From positions 1,922,001 through 1,986,000 of the forward strand of contig OZ024756.1 of NCBI GenBank assembly GCA_964016885.1: 64,000 nucleotides of DNA. The letters are read 5' to 3'. The DNA is from Eledone cirrhosa (lineage: Eukaryota). Positions 62,401 to 64,000 of the stretch are shown here, piece after piece. Position 1 is the first letter of the stretch. Every line of letters starts with the position of its first letter. A program made the position numbers and the translations under genes. The notes under the pieces are model-generated. The model did not search any database and had not been told where the DNA came from. It saw only the letters and a program-made list of their open reading frames with translations.

Positions 62401-64000
62401 AGTGTGCAGTGTCAGTGATCTGGTCCTCCGTCTTGCTGTCTTCAGTACATCTATGAAGTGTGCAGTGTCAGTGATCTGGTCCTCAGTCTTGCTGTCTTCA
62501 GTACATCTATGAAGTGTGCAGTGTCAGTGATCTGGTCCTCTGTCTTGCTGTCTTCAGTACATTTATGAAGTGTGCAGTGTCAGTGATCTGGTCATCTGTC
62601 TTGCTGTCTTCAGTACATCAATGAAGTGTGCAGTGTCAGTGATCAGGTCCTCTGTCTTGCTGTCTTCAGTTCATCTATGAAGTGTGCAGTGTCAGGGATC
62701 TGGTCCTCTGTCTTGCTGTCTTCAGTTCATCTATAAAGTGTGCAGTGTCAGTGATCTGGTCCTCTGTCTTGCTGTCTTCAGTACATCTATGAAGTGTGCA
62801 GTGTCAGTGATCTGGTCCTCCATCCTGCTGTTTTCAGTACATCTATGAAGTGTGCAGTGTCAGTGATCTGGTCCTCTGTCTTGCTGTCTTCAGTACATCT
62901 ATGAAGTGTGCAGTGTCAGGGATCTGGTCCTCTGTCTTGCTGGCTTCAGTTCATCTATGAAGTGTGCAGTGTCAGTGATCTGGTCCTCTGTCTTGCTGTC
63001 TTCAGTACATCTATGAAGTGTACAGTGTCAGTGATCTGGTCCTCGGTCTTGCTGTCTTCAGTTCATCTATGAAGTGTGCAGTGTCAGTGATCTGGTCCTC
63101 TGTCTTGCTGTCTTCAGTTCATCTATGAAGTGTGCAGTGTCAGTGATCTGGTCCTCTGTCTTGCTGTCTTCAGTACATCTATGAAGTGTGCAGTGTCAGT
63201 GATCTGGTCCTCTGTCTTGCTGTCTTCAGTACATCTATGAAGTGTGCAGTGTCAGTGATCTGGTCCTCTGTCTTGCTGTCTTCAGTTCATCTATGAAGTA
63301 TGCAGTGTCAGTGATCTGGTCCTCTGTCTTGCTGTCTTCAGTACATCTCTGAAGTGTGCAGTGTCAGTGATCTGGTCCTCTGTCTTGCTGTCTTCAGTTT
63401 ATCTATGAAGTGTGCAGTGTCAGTGATCTGGTCCTCTGTCTTGCTGTCTTCAGTACATCTATGAAGTGTGCAGTGTCAGTGATCTCGTCCTCTGTCTTGC
63501 TGTCTTCAGTACATCTATGAAGTGTGCAGTGTCAGTGATCTGGTCCTCTGTCTTGCTGTCTTCAGTTCATCTATGAAGTGTGCAGTGTCAGTGATCTGGT
63601 CCTCTGTCTTGCTGTCTTCAGTTCATCTATGAAGTATGCAGTGTCAGTGATCTCGTCCTCTGTCTTGCTGTCTGCAGTACATCTATGAAGTTTGCAGTGT
63701 CAGTGATCTGGTCCTCTGTCTTGCTGTCTTCAGTACATCTGTGAACTTTGTAGTGTCAGTGATCAGATCCTCTGTCTTGCTGTCTTCAGTACATCTATGT
63801 AGTGTGCAGTGTCAGTGATCTGGTCCTCTGTCTTGCTGTCTTCAGTATATCTATGATGTGTGCAGTGTCAGTGATCTGGTCTTCTGTCTTGCTGTCTTCA
63901 GTTCATCTATGAAGTGTGCAGTGTCAGTGATCTGGTCCTCTGTCTTGCTGTCTTCAGTACATCTGTGAAGTGTGTAGTGTCAGTGATCAAGTCCTCTGTC
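59500..64000. repeat. Mosaic of further copies of the 47-59 kb blocks
   Basis: gatctTgt 53018/58728/60910 (last offset 2182 = 39x56-2); cagtTatc 48087/62025 (13938 = 249x56-6). The 63.0-64.0 kb stretch repeats the marker order of 59.55-60.5 kb. Confidence 0.75.

Larger units (their letters stand above)
1..64000. repeat. 56-bp tandem satellite/large minisatellite array, 1143 complete monomers + 6 bp, single orientation, open at both ends
   Basis: Seen in sequence: the monomer starts at 1, 57, ... 841 (15x56) and at 63995. Phase is fully explained by 12 small indels (net -14 bp). Monomers differ from consensus by roughly 0-4 substitutions. Confidence 0.99.

Noticed and set aside
1-64000. CRISPR array or other repeat-spacer or cassette system
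   Set aside because: There are no unique spacers; every base belongs to the monomer and variation is limited to substitutions and tiny indels. No cas, integrase or reverse transcriptase gene is present.
1-64000. CENP-B box, telomeric repeats, G-quadruplex, tRNA/5S/snRNA tandem genes
   Set aside because: The consensus has no CpG (required for the CENP-B box), no TTAGGG and no G-runs. I recognise no Pol III boxes or RNA fold, and the unit is too short for these genes.
1-64000. Hidden insertion, inversion or transposon within the array
   Set aside because: None was seen on reading, and the phase arithmetic closes exactly at 1143 monomers with the 12 listed indels.
1-64000. Purely synthetic or collapsed-assembly artefact
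   Set aside because: Hierarchically shared and private variants are what natural array evolution produces. Individual near-identical duplications still need read confirmation.

Overview
The whole 64,000-bp window is one uninterrupted, head-to-tail, single-orientation tandem array of a 56-bp monomer. The consensus, in phase from base 1, is TCTGTCTTGCTGTCTTCAGTACATCTATGAAGTGTGCAGTGTCAGTGATCTGGTCC (46% GC, T21/G14/C12/A9, no CpG). I found 12 small indels (two -1, eight -2, two +2; net -14 bp). The last monomer starts at 63995, and (63994+14)/56 = 1143 exactly, so the window holds 1143 complete monomers plus 6 bp and has no room for an off-phase insertion. The array runs off both ends. I see no genes, RNA genes, transposons or CRISPR spacers, and the seven listed ORFs are by-products of stop-removing monomer variants. 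I cannot name the satellite family or organism; CpG depletion only suggests a CpG-methylating eukaryote. I found no new gene system. The real signal is the variant pattern: nested tandem duplications of 9 to about 103 monomers with no fixed higher-order period, ordered variant cassettes, left-to-right turnover of variants, a traceable 2-bp deletion lineage, a scarred rearrangement junction, and two common polymorphisms at paired positions of a quasi-palindrome. Block edges are approximate (1-2 monomers); marker offsets were counted by hand.
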